Part shown: positions 25,601 to 40,182 of the stretch, in pieces | How the letters are laid out: each line of letters begins with the position of its first letter | How positions within the stretch are numbered: the first letter of the stretch is position 1 | Assembly (NCBI RefSeq): GCF_031769215.1 | Contig: NW_026782216.1 | Span: 62,001 to 126,000 of the forward strand | Direction: 5' to 3' | DNA: 64,000 nucleotides | Origin: Ylistrum balloti | Taxonomy: Eukaryota | Notes under the pieces: model-generated | What the model saw: the letters and a program-made list of their open reading frames with translations, nothing else | What the model was told of the DNA's origin: nothing | Database searches by the model: none | Program-made: the position numbers and the translations under genes

Positions 25601-26377
25601 TGAAAAAGTACAGGGTAAATGAAACCACATGTTCCGGAAAAGAAGTCGTCTTCTGCTTCATTGACGACACCAACCACGTAAAATCATGATAAATCCAAGT
25701 AATGTTGCATTCCCAAACCAGATCAAGGTAAACATCTTCAGCAACTAACGAGCGTCAAACATGTGCAAGTTCATACCACATAATTGACCCCTAAAACTCC
25801 CATTATCTCCATTAAGCTGCTGCATCTCTTAAGAGTGTCAAGAGTTTGTCAGATGTTGACATCTTGCATGAAAATTGTGAGGTCTGGAAGAGAACCTTGA
25901 ATATCCAATCAACTGTGACATGTAAATTTCAATCTGGGGATGTAGGAGTTGCTGTACCTAGTGACTATAATCTGATTATAGGTTTGACAATATAATCAAA
26001 TAATCAATATTGAATATCCAATTATAAACATTTAAAATCAGGATATTAACATTTAAACCTAAATACGTGAACTTGTACCGCATTTGGTCATTCACATTAT
26101 TATGTTGGGTAATTACAAGGAGAAAATATTGCTTAAAAGTATTTCTTCAACGAGTATATTTCATTGTTATTTATGTAACCATCCAGCAAATATCTAACAA
26201 TCAAATTTATCTATTGCAATATATCCAACTATTTTATAAACTATTACTTACTTGGTCACAGGATTCATTTTCTTATATCAAATTGAATGTTTCTTACTCC
26301 CTTGATCTACAATCCTTTCAAAATTAAAGTCAAGATTTATAAACTTTCTACTGCTTTCAAATTTGAAAATTTCAATA

Positions 26378-28938
26378 CCGTATTTGTCCTAATAAGAGCG
26401 CCAGTAAATAACCAGTAGGGCGCCTTTACCGAGATATTTTTTCTCTTGAGTTAAAAATCTGGTAAATAGTCATGGGGTTGTCAAATATCAGAAAGTATGA
26501 GGTCACAACATAGTTTAGACTTAAATCAATCTGTTACAACTGCTGAAGTGACACTTAATTTTCCGCTAATGCACCTGAATTGAAACAATGTTATCACTTT
26601 CACAAATTGTCAAGATCGTCACTGCACCTAGTCCTCATCTCTGGATGCCTGCCAAAAATTTCCATGACAAGCCGGTACCGCTTACGTGTCAAATTTTGTC
26701 TCAACGCGTGTTGGAGACTGGCTACACCACACCACGCCATTTTGATCAAAATGAAAAGTTACGAAACAAATTTAAAATTAAGGTGATCGAATTTGCCAAA
26801 GAAAACGGTAACCATAAAGCCGATAGTCATTTCAAAATTCATAGAAAATGTGTGCAGAGATGACTGAAAATGAGGGGAAAATCAGAACCGAAGGAAGCAG
26901 CGTCGTAGATGTTCCGGCGGTGGAAGGAAAGTGAAAAATTTGGACGTTGACAACGAACTTATGACTTGGTTATCAGACCGGCAAGGGAAGGGAGTCCGTG
27001 TAACTGGAAAAGCACTCAGGGCTGAGGCATTACGGCTCATAAACTTAACGGATGTCAATCTTTTAAAGCTTCTATCGGATGGTTTCGCTCTTTCAAACGG
27101 AGACATCGACTTTCTATGAGACAGACTACCCATGTAGCCCAGAAAAGTGTTTCTGCAAATGACGATCAGGTGGATTATTTTTTGCGATTCATTATATTAC
27201 TCGCATGAGGAGACTGCGTAATTATGAACATTGAAATATCGGTAATATGGATATAACGCTGATTTGGATGGAGAAACACTGTGAGCGTACTGGGTACGAG
27301 AAAGAGAGGATTACCGTGATTTTATCAGCGCTAGCAGACGTCTGTACGGAACAAAGTTGGCCCCATTCGTTTTATTACCGGGTGTTAGACCACTGCCGCA
27401 AACAGATATGCCTTCCGGGATTGTTGTTCACGTGTGGTTCTGGGAAAAAGTCGTGGGCAGATAAAAAAAAAATAGTTCAAATATGGCTAAAAACAGTATG
27501 GGGAAGACTTCTCGTATGGGACACATTTAGAGGTCATTTGACAGAGAACGTCAAGGATGTGACTAGGAAAACCTGTAATACATTGCCTATATATCCGGTG
27601 GGTGTACCAGCAGGCTACAACCGGCTGATGTATCCTAGAACAGGAGAATACGATGAGTGGCTTTTTGAAGGTGAAGTCAGTCTGACATGTCACGGAAATC
27701 GTCGTCCACCTGAAAAAAAAACTAATTCTGAAATGGATCAAGGAGTCCTGGAGCAGCACTACCCCGGATATTATTCGGAAATTGTTCAAAGTCTGTGGCA
27801 TTAGCAATGCCATGAATGATTCGGAATCTGATAATGATTTTGAGGTATTTACCAACTTAGATTTGGAAATAGCACAGGCTGTGAATTATAACAAAACAGT
27901 TGACGTCAAAAACTGGGAACTTGAAAGCGAGTCAGAAAGTGACTCTGATGTGGATGAGGACGATTATTACCACTGTGATAGTCCTGGCCATTGTAATTCA
28001 GACCTACCGGTATATTCCGATGTGTGTTGACTGATAGTCCTGACCATTGATCATTCAGACCTACCAGTATATTCCGATGTGTGTTGACTGATAGTCCTGA
28101 CCATTGATCATTCAGACCTACCGGTATATTCCGATGTGTGTTGACTGATAGTCCTGACCATTGATCATTCTGACCTACCGGTATATTCCGATGTGTGTTG
28201 ACTGATAGTCCTGACCATTGATCATTCAGACCTACCAGTATATTCCGATGTGTGTTGACTGATAGTCCTGACCATTGATCATTCAGACCTACCGGTATAT
28301 TCCGATGTGTGTTGACTGATAGTCCTGACCATTGATCATTCAGACCTACCGGTATATTCCGATGTGTGTTGACTGATAGTCCTGACCATTGATCATTCTG
28401 ACCTACCGGTATATTCCGATGTGTGTTGACTGATAGTCCTGACCATTGATCATTCAGACCTACCGGTATATTCCGATGTGTGTTGACTGATAGTCCTGAC
28501 CATTGATCATTCAGACCTACCGGTATATTCCGATGCGTGTTGACTGATAGTCCTGACCATTGATCATTCAGACCTACCGGTATATTCCGATGTGTGTTGA
28601 CTGATAGTCCTGGCCATTGATCATTCAGACCTACCGGTATATTCCGATATGTGTTGACTGATAGTCCTGACCGTTGATCATTGATCATTCAGACCTACGG
28701 GTATTTTCAGATGTGTGTTGACTTTTTGGGATGAGCAACAGAACGTAAGATTCTAGATCTAGTTCAGTGATACAGAACTTTAATGAAGAGTAACGTTACT
28801 GTCACAAACAGTTTTAAATGTTTTTGGATAGTAAAATGTTTTTGTAAAGGTAAGAAATTAATGTTATATTTATTCACTACCTAAAAAACTGCTAGGGCAC
28901 TCTTATTAGAGCAGGCGCCCTTAAAAGGACAAATACGG
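26378..28938 (+). mobile_element. Degenerate pogo/Tigger-family (Tc1/mariner superfamily) DNA transposon
   Basis: Imperfect TIRs CCGTATTTGTCCTAATAAGAGCGCC (left) versus CCGTATTTGTCCTTTTAAGGGCGCC (reverse complement of right), with TA on both flanks (26376-77, 28939-40). Broken transposase: Brinker-like FKIKVIEFAKENGNHKA, CENP-B-type HTH (DNELMTWL...VTGKALRAEAL...FKASIGWF..FKRRH), DDE_1 remnants (LLVWDTFRGHLT..VK) and an acidic tail. Several stops and frameshifts. Confidence 0.9.
27977..28723. repeat. 57-bp minisatellite, about 13 copies, inside the pogo element
   Basis: Unit GATAGTCCTGACCATTGATCATTCAGACCTACCGGTATATTCCGATGTGTGTTGACT, with near-identical copies. Confidence 0.95.
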
Positions 28939-30011
28939 TATATTGCCAGTAAGAAAACTGATAAAATAAGAAACAATATTCCGTTATAGGTTATAGTGTG
29001 TTTTTATCATTTAAACTTTTTTAATAATGCATTTCTGTTACTTTATAATAAAATTGTTTAGAAACTGAATTCTTGTGGTGGTTTAAAGTTTCACAGAAAA
29101 AGGAAAGTATTTAATTTGTATGAAATTGTTTGCTACAACACAAGAGCAATAAAGTCGTAATAATGATAATAATCCTAATAATGGGAAGAGAACTAAATTC
29201 ATTTTCAAAGATGAAGATTAATAAAGAGAGGTAGGAATCCAGCTCAATTCAAGTCAGATCTTCATTAGATTTGACAGCATTCCAAAAGACCATCCATAAT
29301 ATATCTATAAATTGAACCTTCATTTTATGGCATGACCTGAAAAGTAAAAATGTTCATGGTTTAGTCTTCGTTTAGTCATTATTTTGTTGAATAACATGGA
29401 AAAATACAATAAAAAACAGAAATGGTTTTGATCTAGCCTTAGAACAGTCGGTAATTTGTTGAATGGTAATTTGTTGAATGGTAATTTGTTGAATGGTAAT
29501 TTGTTAAATGATACGGGAAAATGAAAATAGATAAAAATGTTCTTGATTTAGGCATTGAATGGAGCCATCATATTGTGGAATAACCTGAAAAAAAAAATTA
29601 AACATATCAAACTACTTTGTTGCTCGTTACAATAGTCTTCCCTTGTAATTTTTTTTCATAATCTCCACTGCATATGTTGCCTTGATAATTTAGTGTGTGC
29701 GTAACTGACAAAAACCATTAAAAACTTTTTGAATTTCAAATCACATTGAATTTTTAGTAATTTCTCATATGTTATCACAAATAAAAGATAGCACAAAGAG
29801 AATAATGAATTATTATGGAGAAGGTCTGGATGAAGTGGCTGTGCGGTAGTTGATGCATCTTCCCTCTCTGCCCTAGAATTGAATGATGATTGTACAAAAT
29901 CCATACAATCAACTGAATCGCACCTCTTAATACAAATTTAGAATTAGTGAAGATTCAGCTATTTGGTCCTTCTCAGACTCATCCTTGATAAGATGGGTTT
30001 ACATTGTGAAT

Positions 30012-30385
30012 TTAAAAGGTGACTGAAGATAATCAAACGGGACCAAAAAATGCCTAAATCTAGATTAGGAGGTGCACTAACCCTGTAATTCAATGCATTT
30101 CGTTATTTTCATATATCTAATAATTTCTGAATAACGTGAATAGTATATCCTGAGAACTAAGCAAATGGTTGTTTCATACCTCAGTGATGTCAAAGAGTGG
30201 GATTCCACAAATTTCTTTTCAGCTAAATCACTAAAACAAGATTGGATAAGTGAAGGTATCAACAAACCTTTTCTAAAAATCTGATGTTTCGGTGCAGGTT
30301 GAATGTCTTGCTCAGGAAGATTCATGAGGTTATCATCAAAAATTTCCTCCAAGTTGTCTAATGACAGATCCTCCAGAACTGGTTT
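30012..30385 (-). CDS. CCDC172: Tentative additional 3' exons of CCDC172 (30268-30385 and 30012-30022)
   Basis: A phase-0 donor CAG|GTCTGT after 31782 matches acceptor TTTAG|AAA at 30385, giving KPVLEDLSLDNLEEIFDDNLMNLPEQDIQPAPKHQIFRK. A phase-1 donor AAG|GTTTGT and acceptor TTATCTTCAG at 30023 then give ...RKVTF*. The joined total is 987 nt (328 aa). No homology support for these exons. Confidence 0.5.
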
Positions 30386-31760
30386 CTAAAGGTATACATG
30401 GGTGTAATAGAATTATTAAAGAAAGACTTTCTGAATCCAGAATATATTCTTCTCTGTCAAGGGTTATATCATTAATCTCAGTTAATGTCTAGTTATATAT
30501 TTCTACCTGTGTAATACTGGTCTGTTTGGGACAACCCGTGGCATGACCCTAATTTCCTGGACAATAATATTCATGAAGCACTCATCTCTATCCAAGTAAA
30601 ATCTTAACATAAATTATTAATTTATTGATATATTATTCTTGGCTTTCCAGAATTTAGCGAGGTTATATTGCTTGTTGATGTTTCTTTCAGCTTTCTGGTA
30701 ATCTTAAAAGCCAAACGTTTTAATAGTCGAAAAATATGCCCAGTAATTTTATAATGTAATGGTGATAAGTATGGTTTAAGTAACAACAACTTTGCCATAT
30801 CATCAGTGATTTCCATATACAAGGACAAAAAAATCATATTACACTCCTCGTAAAAGAGTAACACCTACTGATGTCTCTGATTGGTAGGACTCAACAGAAG
30901 TATCGGTGGTGAAATTTGACTTGCAGATGCGATTTCGTGTGGACACACCTAGGGCATCTTCATTCTGTCGAAGGTGAGTATAAAGCTGACAAAATGCAGT
31001 CATTCTTTTGCTTGTGAAATAAATATGTAGATGTATATCATTTTTTATATCAAATTTATCATTTGATATATTTGATTACAAATTGATATAGATCCGTGTA
31101 TAAACTTACTTTCAATTGAATATTAGTAATGCATTTCATTTAGTTCAATTGTCTCATTATTAAATGTCCTATCTTCCATAGAAGATATATGCATATTTTA
31201 CAGGGATTAAGGATTACATAAGCTTTAATAGACCATGTTAACATGAAATGCATATGACTTAAACTACTCAACTAAACACTAATTATGAACTGAAATAAAA
31301 CCAAAATTTGTTTTGGCTAACCCCACCCATTCTGTAAATTCTCAAACTTAGGACATCTAAAATTTTGTATAATGAATTGCAAAATAACATTATATGAATA
31401 TTTTCAGATGAAAAGATTTAAATGAACATAATCTAATTCCTGGAAATCAGCACTGCATCAAAGGTACATCACTTGGTACAAATTTACAGAGCTTTAAGAT
31501 AGATATCGTTCATGTGACTTCTTGGACTTTAAAACCTGAATATCTTTTTAAAGAACTCGGTAGCAGCTACAGACTTATTTACTTTAATAGTACAGTATTT
31601 ATCTGTTTCACTTTGGTGATTTAAAATCGAAGTTGCTATAATGATGTATAGACCTCTAGTAGCAGGCTAAACATGAACTGTCCAAACTTCGCCTGTTTCA
31701 CCAGAGGTCAGGAATAATGAACAACATATTGGATTCGAATATGTACACCCTGAATGAGTT

Positions 31761-34700
31761 TCATCTCTCTGTTTTACAGACCTGAGAGGACACTTTAGTT
31801 GCTTGAGAAGTATTTTTCTGCTGATATTTTGTCTGTTGTTGTTGCTGCTGTTTTTGTTGATGTCTGTTCTTGATTTTTCTTTGCCAGAGCTGTTGTTGCA
31901 GAGCCTGAACTTGTTGTTGCAGGAGGTGACATGTCCGTTCCAAGTCCTCGTCCTTCACAGAGTCTATTTCTTTCTGCAGTCTGTTGTAAATATGATGAAA
32001 TACAAGAAATAAGTTGGTAAATAAAAATCATCCATCTTGTTGATTCATTTCAGCTGTGATATAATTATGAACAATCAATAAAGAATGAATTCTTGTTGTC
32101 CAATACTTTTAATACAACTGCTGTTGAGTAAATAAATAGATGTTACATAAATAATAAGCAAATAAAGAAAATTATCCTAGTTGATTTTGACTTAGTTTTC
32201 TTCTTGAAACCTTCCACAAATACTCTGCCACATATCCCGTATATTATTCATTAGAATAGCTACCAATCATGGCCAACTTAACACTACCTGATGAATTCTG
32301 CATCAGTCGTTGGCAACAACTGGATTTTTTGTTTTTCTTCTTCTTGCTTTGCCAACTTCCTTTTTTCTTCCGCAACCTTTTCACAAAGTTCTGAAGAAAG
32401 ACTAATCTAAGTGTATACTTGTGCAGTAGTAGTCTATTGGAGATATATCTTATCCCTTATTTCAAGCTTGGTATCTTAGTAATATTCAAAATTTTGAGAA
32501 GCCATTACATCCTTCAGAAATTGAACTCATCATTAAACATTTGAAGATAGTGCACACGACTCGTGTGACAAAATCCTTCAAAAATGGTAACAGTCTACTC
32601 TTCAATTACAAATTCTGCGTAATTTTGTTGATATTATTTACTGCCAGGTATATGGTCTCAATTAAGATACATTATCAATACCTAAATGCTGGGATTTAGT
32701 AGTTTGCAGCAAATCCATGAGGTAATCTTCTTTGTCTTTCAGCTTTCTCAGTGATTCCACACGTTCCTCATAGTTCTGAATATCTGTAGAAAACAACATG
32801 TTATTGGACATAAATTCAACACCGATAATTAAAAATTTTGATCTGGCAATTAAATGATAATTACTTGATAATTTAAGTACATATGATTCTCCTTTGTCAC
32901 ATTTACTCTCAACTCTTAGTATTAGAAAGCAGCTATAATCATGAACCCAATGTCAAATACAGATAACCCCTACTCCAATTAGTATCCGTGTACATGAATT
33001 AATAGTAGTGCTACTATTCACTTATGTGTCTTTTGAACAATTTTTGAGATTGCTGATGGTAAATATCGCTGTGGGACTTTTTACCCTCAAGGTTTGTCAT
33101 AACCTGCAATCCATGTTTAAATTTGTCAAAATATAGAATACACACATATACTTGCTATTCTAAAATTAACAGATAAATGAAAATAATGAAATTATGCATT
33201 GAATTATTTAGTTAGTTCACCTCCCTGTCAGGATTTTGACATTCTATCTGTCACTTTCAGACTTTCTTCAGCCATTATCAAAGTTTCAAACTTTTAGGCC
33301 CCTAGCATCACTGAGGAGTCATATGAGGAAACATCTGTAGTGTTGTATAAATTACATATTTAGCTCTACTGTAACTAATTCTAAATTTGAGGAAAATCAA
33401 AATGTGAATAATGATAATAAATGATGCCATTGTATTTTCTTACTCCTTGATGATATCTATAATATCTCCATTCACTAGGTGCATTTATTTTACAAGGCAA
33501 AATTCTTTCAAATTTTGGGGTTTTTTTTTCCCAAACAAAAGAAAGTTAAGCTTCTGTTGGTACAAGGATATTAATATTTCATATTTTGTTCATTTATAGA
33601 AATGAGATATTGATACTTTCAATAATCAAACAAATGAAATTATTGAGGTCCTAGTCACAACTTGTTCCCAATGTATGTTGTCTGCTCTAAAGACATATCA
33701 TAATGTTTTTTAACTGTGGCGATAGAGCCACAGGGTCTAAAAATCTGTAACCAAGTCTACCTACCAACTCTATCAGTATAATAGTATACCCATATGACAT
33801 GAATTGTTTGGGAAAAAAACCTTGCTGCAATTTATCTTTCTCTCCTGATAATTCTGCTACTTTGCGAAGTGCTTCCTCTCTTCGTAGATTTGCTCCATTA
33901 CCAAGAAGCCCAAACTCAGTGACAAACTTCTCCACATCTTGGCAAAATGTCTCATTCAAATTGAGCTGCTCTTCTTCTAGATGTTCCTGTGACATAAACA
34001 CTTGATTGTGTCACAATTGTTCTCATCATCTTTATTAATTACTTTAAGTATAGCTTATATTTATACATGTTAAAATCTCCAAATTTCCTAATCTAATTCA
34101 TTGATGAGAAACATGGTCCTCCCAACAAACAAATACCTTATATTGTTTAGTTGTTATGCCAGGTAGGTAAACCATATTGAACAAACATACTCTGCCATGC
34201 TAAAGCAATAAATGTCCTCTACTATCCTTGATACTTAAGGAATTATGTTTAATATCGCTCTCTGCACACCTGGAACATGTCATGACTACAACGAATGTTT
34301 CATGTGCAACACCTTGTGGAAAAGACTAGTTTGATCCATTGATATACATCAAAAGAATCTCAAGGTTGCATAACGGTATATGGTAATGGCTTTGAAGCTA
34401 GGTGTCGCTCCTTTCTAATGACTCGTAAAGATGTTGCTGTTTGGCTTTCATTTTTAAAAAAAAGATACAACTGTTTTGTAACTGATTTCGATGTAATTTT
34501 GCAATTAAAAGGTGGGACAATGTGACAACAGTTTCATTACCAATGCATGTTAAATGTGTTTTAGTCATTTGTAAGTGCATGAGGTTTGATTAAAAATCCT
34601 GTAAGAAATGCTAAGAGTGCTAACCATGATTTCTATAGAGTGATCTTGACCCAATAACCCTCAAACTCATACCTGTTGGATAATAAAACAGCAACAGGAA

Positions 34701-37700
34701 AATCCTAACATGTGAACATTATACTAAAATTCAATAAAATTAGAGCATGATATGAACAAAAGAAATACTTCCACAGAGACTCCAAGGGAAAATTATGAAA
34801 TGGAAAATTCACAATTGAAATCATCAAGCTTATCATATAGCTTGGTGGAAAGTTGTCCATATTGGTTTCATTGTAGGAAAAGAATGAGATAGGTGGCTAA
34901 AGATGAAGAGTCTGTTGTGTCATTAATTCCAATTTTGGTGGGAATAGACAAAGGGCAGCTTTTGGTGTTCTTTAAAATTAACATAACATTAATTCCAATT
35001 TTTGAGTAAACAATATCACAGTAAGGTTGTGACCCAGATTTAATTGTAATAAGAATGGAATTATGAGGTCAGGACAAACGTTTGGTTGAACAGTTAGGCT
35101 AGATAATGCTAAAACACTGTTTAAACAGAGTCTTTTGAAGTTAGGAATCCAATATGCATGTTGAGGGCCATATCCTTATAACTGAGGGGCAATCTACATG
35201 ATTGTAACACTGAAGCATGATTAGCTAGTTTTTTCTTCTTTAGAAAGGTATTTTAGTGCATTGAAAGAGTGAAGTTTGATGAAAATCACACAAGAACTAA
35301 GGCTGCTAGAGCACTGACAATGATTTTCTAATAATAGGAACAGCAACCATGACCCAATAACCCTGAAACTTAAACTTGTATATATTAAGGTTGTTTGTAT
35401 GATCAAAATCCCACAAGGACTGAAGTGCCTAGAGGGCTGTTAACATTTTTCTTCAAGAATAACTGTGACCTTGACCCAACAACCTGAAAGCTCGCACCTG
35501 TTCAAGACATTTTAGGTCTTTAAAAGTGAATGAAGTTTGATGGTATCAGTGGTTTCAGGAATAATGAGAAATTGTACTATAATCATATAGAACTCAAAAT
35601 TGTTAACCAATTAAATCATCTTGGTATGCTTTTAATCTTTAATGGAAAATTTTATGTTACCCCAAAACATGTGACTGATCAAGGGAAAGGGGCATATTAC
35701 TCTGACTAAAGTAAATTAAAAATCACAAACTAATATTGTGACACAGATATCTGTTTTTGACACATTTGTCAATAGTATTGTAAGGCACAGCTTGGCAATT
35801 TTGGGATTTCACAAAGCTTTATATGCAGAAAAAATGCATATTAATTTTTGCAAAAACTTGTGAGTGTAAACAAAAAAAAATGTAAATGTCTAGTATGTTT
35901 TGCTGTAAGACCACTACAACTTTTAACTTGTAAGAAGCTAAGAACGCTAAATTATTGGTTAAAGCTGACAGCTTCAAATAATTGCATTTTGAAATAATGT
36001 TTTGACGAAAGGACAGCATCTATTGGGATTTGGATATTGAATATCCAAGCTGAACAATTTAGGAATAAATTATTTATGGAATACAGAGTGTAATGAGAAA
36101 ATAGCATTCAGCTTGATTAAACAAAGATTTTACGACATTTATCAACAGAAGATATTATCCGATATTAGCAATTATTCTTTTTTTACAATACTACCTGTGT
36201 AAGCAAATAGAGGAACACAGTACAATCACACAAGACTTTGGTTAAGCTCACGCAGTCTTAGATTGAATATAAAGATAGAGAAATCAGCTGAGAGAGAGAA
36301 AAAAGTGTACTGTGGCAAACAAACGATATCGAGGATGACTTCCATTTTATTCTCAAATGTTATTTTTATAACAATTTCTGAAGTACATACATTAATCCAT
36401 ATTACAGAAGACCAACTGTATTCAAATTGATAGAATTATTAAGTGTCCAAACTGTAGCTGAATAGAGTTAATTAGGGAAATTCCTTTACCCAGTGACAAA
36501 ACAATGCAATGAAGTTATACAGCTATGTACTGTACAGTCTGCACCATGTTTGTCTACATATTTTCAAGTTTCTGAATGAGTCATTGCTTCTATTATCATC
36601 ATCATTCCTAAAGAAACCAATGTGTATGTAAAAGATTATTGTACATCAATATAATACGCTGTGTTATTCCAATACATTGAACAACGCAGAGAAATACAAG
36701 ATCATTGATATATTGGACCATTATGTTATTCAATTAAAAATGCAAGTCATTTAATAGAATCAGTAATTATACTAGATTATATTACATTAGAAGTATATCA
36801 TATTACATAACCATTATACTCTTATTGTATGTGGTAATAACTTGTGTTATATCATAATATTTTGACAGTTAACTTGAACATCATATCGCAAGTTGGTGCA
36901 TTTATTTGAAATTGAACATTTTATCCATTACTTAAACATGAATTATTATCCAAGTGTTATACTACTTTGTTATGTACAAGATAAGTACTGGTATACTATC
37001 ATACTGTGTGTCATTTGCTTTATGTCAATACATCTCTCTGATGTAAAACACACAGAAATAAAGAAGGAATCAAAAATGAATGAATGCTCAAGGAATGAAG
37101 CCACTTGAGTGCTGACAATGCCTGATGGTATGTACGTTCGTACTTGGATGGACAAATTTCCAATTCTATACTTAAACATTTGATTCGATAACTTGGTTTT
37201 CCCAAGAATCCCTCTGACTTTCCACATTTTAGGCTTTTAGCATCACTGACAAATCCTAGAAGAATGAAGCAGCTGTATGATACAGTTTAAATCATTATTT
37301 AGCATGTACTGCACTAATCACAAATTTGTATGTAAAGCTGTATTTTTTTATCTTCTGTACAATTATCTGATATGCTGTCATTTTCCAGTATAGACAACAG
37401 TATTTTCATAAAACATTTCAGTTCATAATGTAATAGCGCTTTAACAGAACACTACAACCAAATTCTTATACACATGAAAAAGTTATGTAATACAAATACT
37501 TAATATCGTCATTATCTGTCAGGTATGAATTACACCAATTACGTCAACGTTTGTAAAGTATATGAATGACAAATAAATTAGAACCAGTAAGTTTTTTGTA
37601 ACAGCAAATAACAGCTTTTAAACATTCAATAGGTGAATGGAAACCTAGCTACACACTTAACAAATACTTATAGCATTGCATGTCATGAGCTGGTCAGAGT

Positions 37701-40146
37701 CCTGGTTCTTTTATAAGACGTCTTCACAGTTACTATACTTCAAGGATTTACATTCATCATAAACATGTTATTTTGTGCCATTTTTACACAATAATTGTTT
37801 GCTTATTTTGAAATTACAAGTTTTTATCAACTATTGATTTGTTCTTATGACCCATGTAGGAGATGTAAAAGAACAAACCTGCTGTATCTCACTGCATGTC
37901 ATAAGAGGCAACTAGCTGGAGAGTACCACTTACATATTGGGAATTTCTCCTTTGACGTCTTGTTTACTACTGTTTGGGGAACATAAGATGGAGGCTCCAA
38001 ATAAAGGGTCTGCTGCATTCCGCCGCATTAACGTATAGGTGATTAAAAGTGGGGCCCATGCAGAATTGGGGGTTTTCTTCTTTGTTGTCTACTAATGGGG
38101 ACATTGAAGAGACCAGAATAGATCTGCAGCTCCCATTACAACACTAGGAAACTTAATAATTTCCTTTCCTTTCTAATTGCTATTTATTTCTGTACTTCAT
38201 TTTCCACTCTTGATGCCCCTTTTGACACCATCCTCATATAGCCTATGGACTTTCAACTTTCTTTAACTGCTTAGATACCAGCGTTCATTTTACATAGGAT
38301 TATTACCATGTATTATTGTACTTATTAAGGTAATCTTATCACCTTTCTGTTTAAAAGTCCATAAATCAATATCATCAATCTCTTATTACCTTAAAACACC
38401 CTGAATTGCACTGTATTGTATTGTAATGTATTGAATTATATATTGTATTGGTACCAAGAAAATGAGAAATGTGGCAGAATCAAGAGCTTTTACTGCAACT
38501 GACGGTACAATATGATTATTCAAAAACTGTTTTTATTATTATTATCATTTATTCATAACTCATATGTTGTTATAGTAAATGTTTAAGTTTTTTCGATGAC
38601 AATACTTGACGACTTGATGAGACTCGGTTGTATTTGATGGTTGATGGACTCATTCAAGGACATGGAAAAAATATGGTATACCAGTTGACTTTCTAATTCT
38701 TTTCTTTCTCTCTGGAACTGAGATTTCTGGCTCATAAGAACCTCTTTCTTGTTATTAATCATCATAAGGTTGATTTCTTCATGGTTTAGATCAGTCACCT
38801 GGCAAACAGAACATAAAGATGGTACAAATGACAAATACTTTGCTGCTTAAAATGGGATTATAGGTGTAATATTCAGACTTCAAATAGAGCCTTCTCCCTA
38901 TATCTACATACAGATCTTACAAGAAAGTTAAAGACGATCCACATGTTTCCAGTGGTAATATTGACATGAGATAAAACAGTTAGTGTTAGATACATATGCA
39001 AAGCTTGCACCATCCTCGATACTCTAGGATTTATGCTCTCTATCGCTCTCTGTACCCCTGTAACATTTCACGGTGAATTTGAAGGTTCCATGTGCGACAT
39101 CTTGTGGATAAGATAAAATCCTTTGATATACATCAAACAAATCTCCAGTTTGCATAATAGTATATTGTACTGGCTTTGAAGTTCTGTGATTAGTCAGTTG
39201 TGTTTTTAATCAGCTCTAAGCCAATCAAATCACTTTGCTTGAGCCTTCAATTTTTTCATTATTTTTTCAAACTGTTTAACATATTACACAGGTATGCCAC
39301 CTCAATATTTTCAAGATTTAAACTCTAGATTGCTTAAAATATGAACCCTATCAGGCAAATGAATGTACATGTATATTTTTTTACGTTTCAATTTGTTGAA
39401 TAGCATTAACTTTGCAATAAGCTCATGTCATGACTTTGTTGACTATGTGACTTCTTCACAGCCACTTTCAAGTGTCAACACACTGAAATGATGTGGAACC
39501 AGAATACCTATCTGATTGGCACCCATCATTAAAAAAGTCTTAATGAATAAAAGTGTTTTTGTTCTTTCTTTCTTTGTTACATACCTTAACTTTGAGTTCC
39601 TCTTGGAGCTCATCTTTTTCTTGTTTTAGCTTGATAATATCTGCTTCTTTTTGTCTTATCTTGCTCTTAACTGACAACACAATTTATTTGGTATCATAAT
39701 AAAACTGTCTGTCACCTTTGCTGTAACTTGATACCAATCTCGATATATGTTACAATAAGTGAAAAAGCATAAAATTGATTTAAATTCACTTTCAATCAAT
39801 AATGTGTATTTACAAACAATTCAAATTGAATATCAATATATATAAGTTAAGGCTTAACACACACACACTGCCACTTAAAGTCTAGTCCCTACTCCCAGTC
39901 CCAGTAAGAGTAGTATATCTTCATAACTCTATTACATGATCATGAATTAAAGACAAAGCTGTAAAACTTTAAGTTTAAGTAAAATGTTCAATACTTCCAT
40001 ATAAAACTGAACTTGCTCTTTCAAAATTTAAATACTATCAGATCTTTTTACAATGGTTCAATACATATTCTTAATAGAGTTAATGGAAATAGCAATTCTA
40101 CACCCACAAGTGAACAGTCTGTGTTTTACTTCTATTGAAATATTTC

Positions 40147-40182
<36 letters not shown>

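Noticed and set aside
27906-28688. 260-aa ORF with 19-aa repeats on the - strand
   Set aside because: It is the reverse reading of a 57-bp (3n) minisatellite, and the ORF coincides with the array limits.
31400-31465. Apparent + strand exon (TTTTCAG...AAG|GTACAT)
   Set aside because: Closed in all three frames and antisense to CCDC172.
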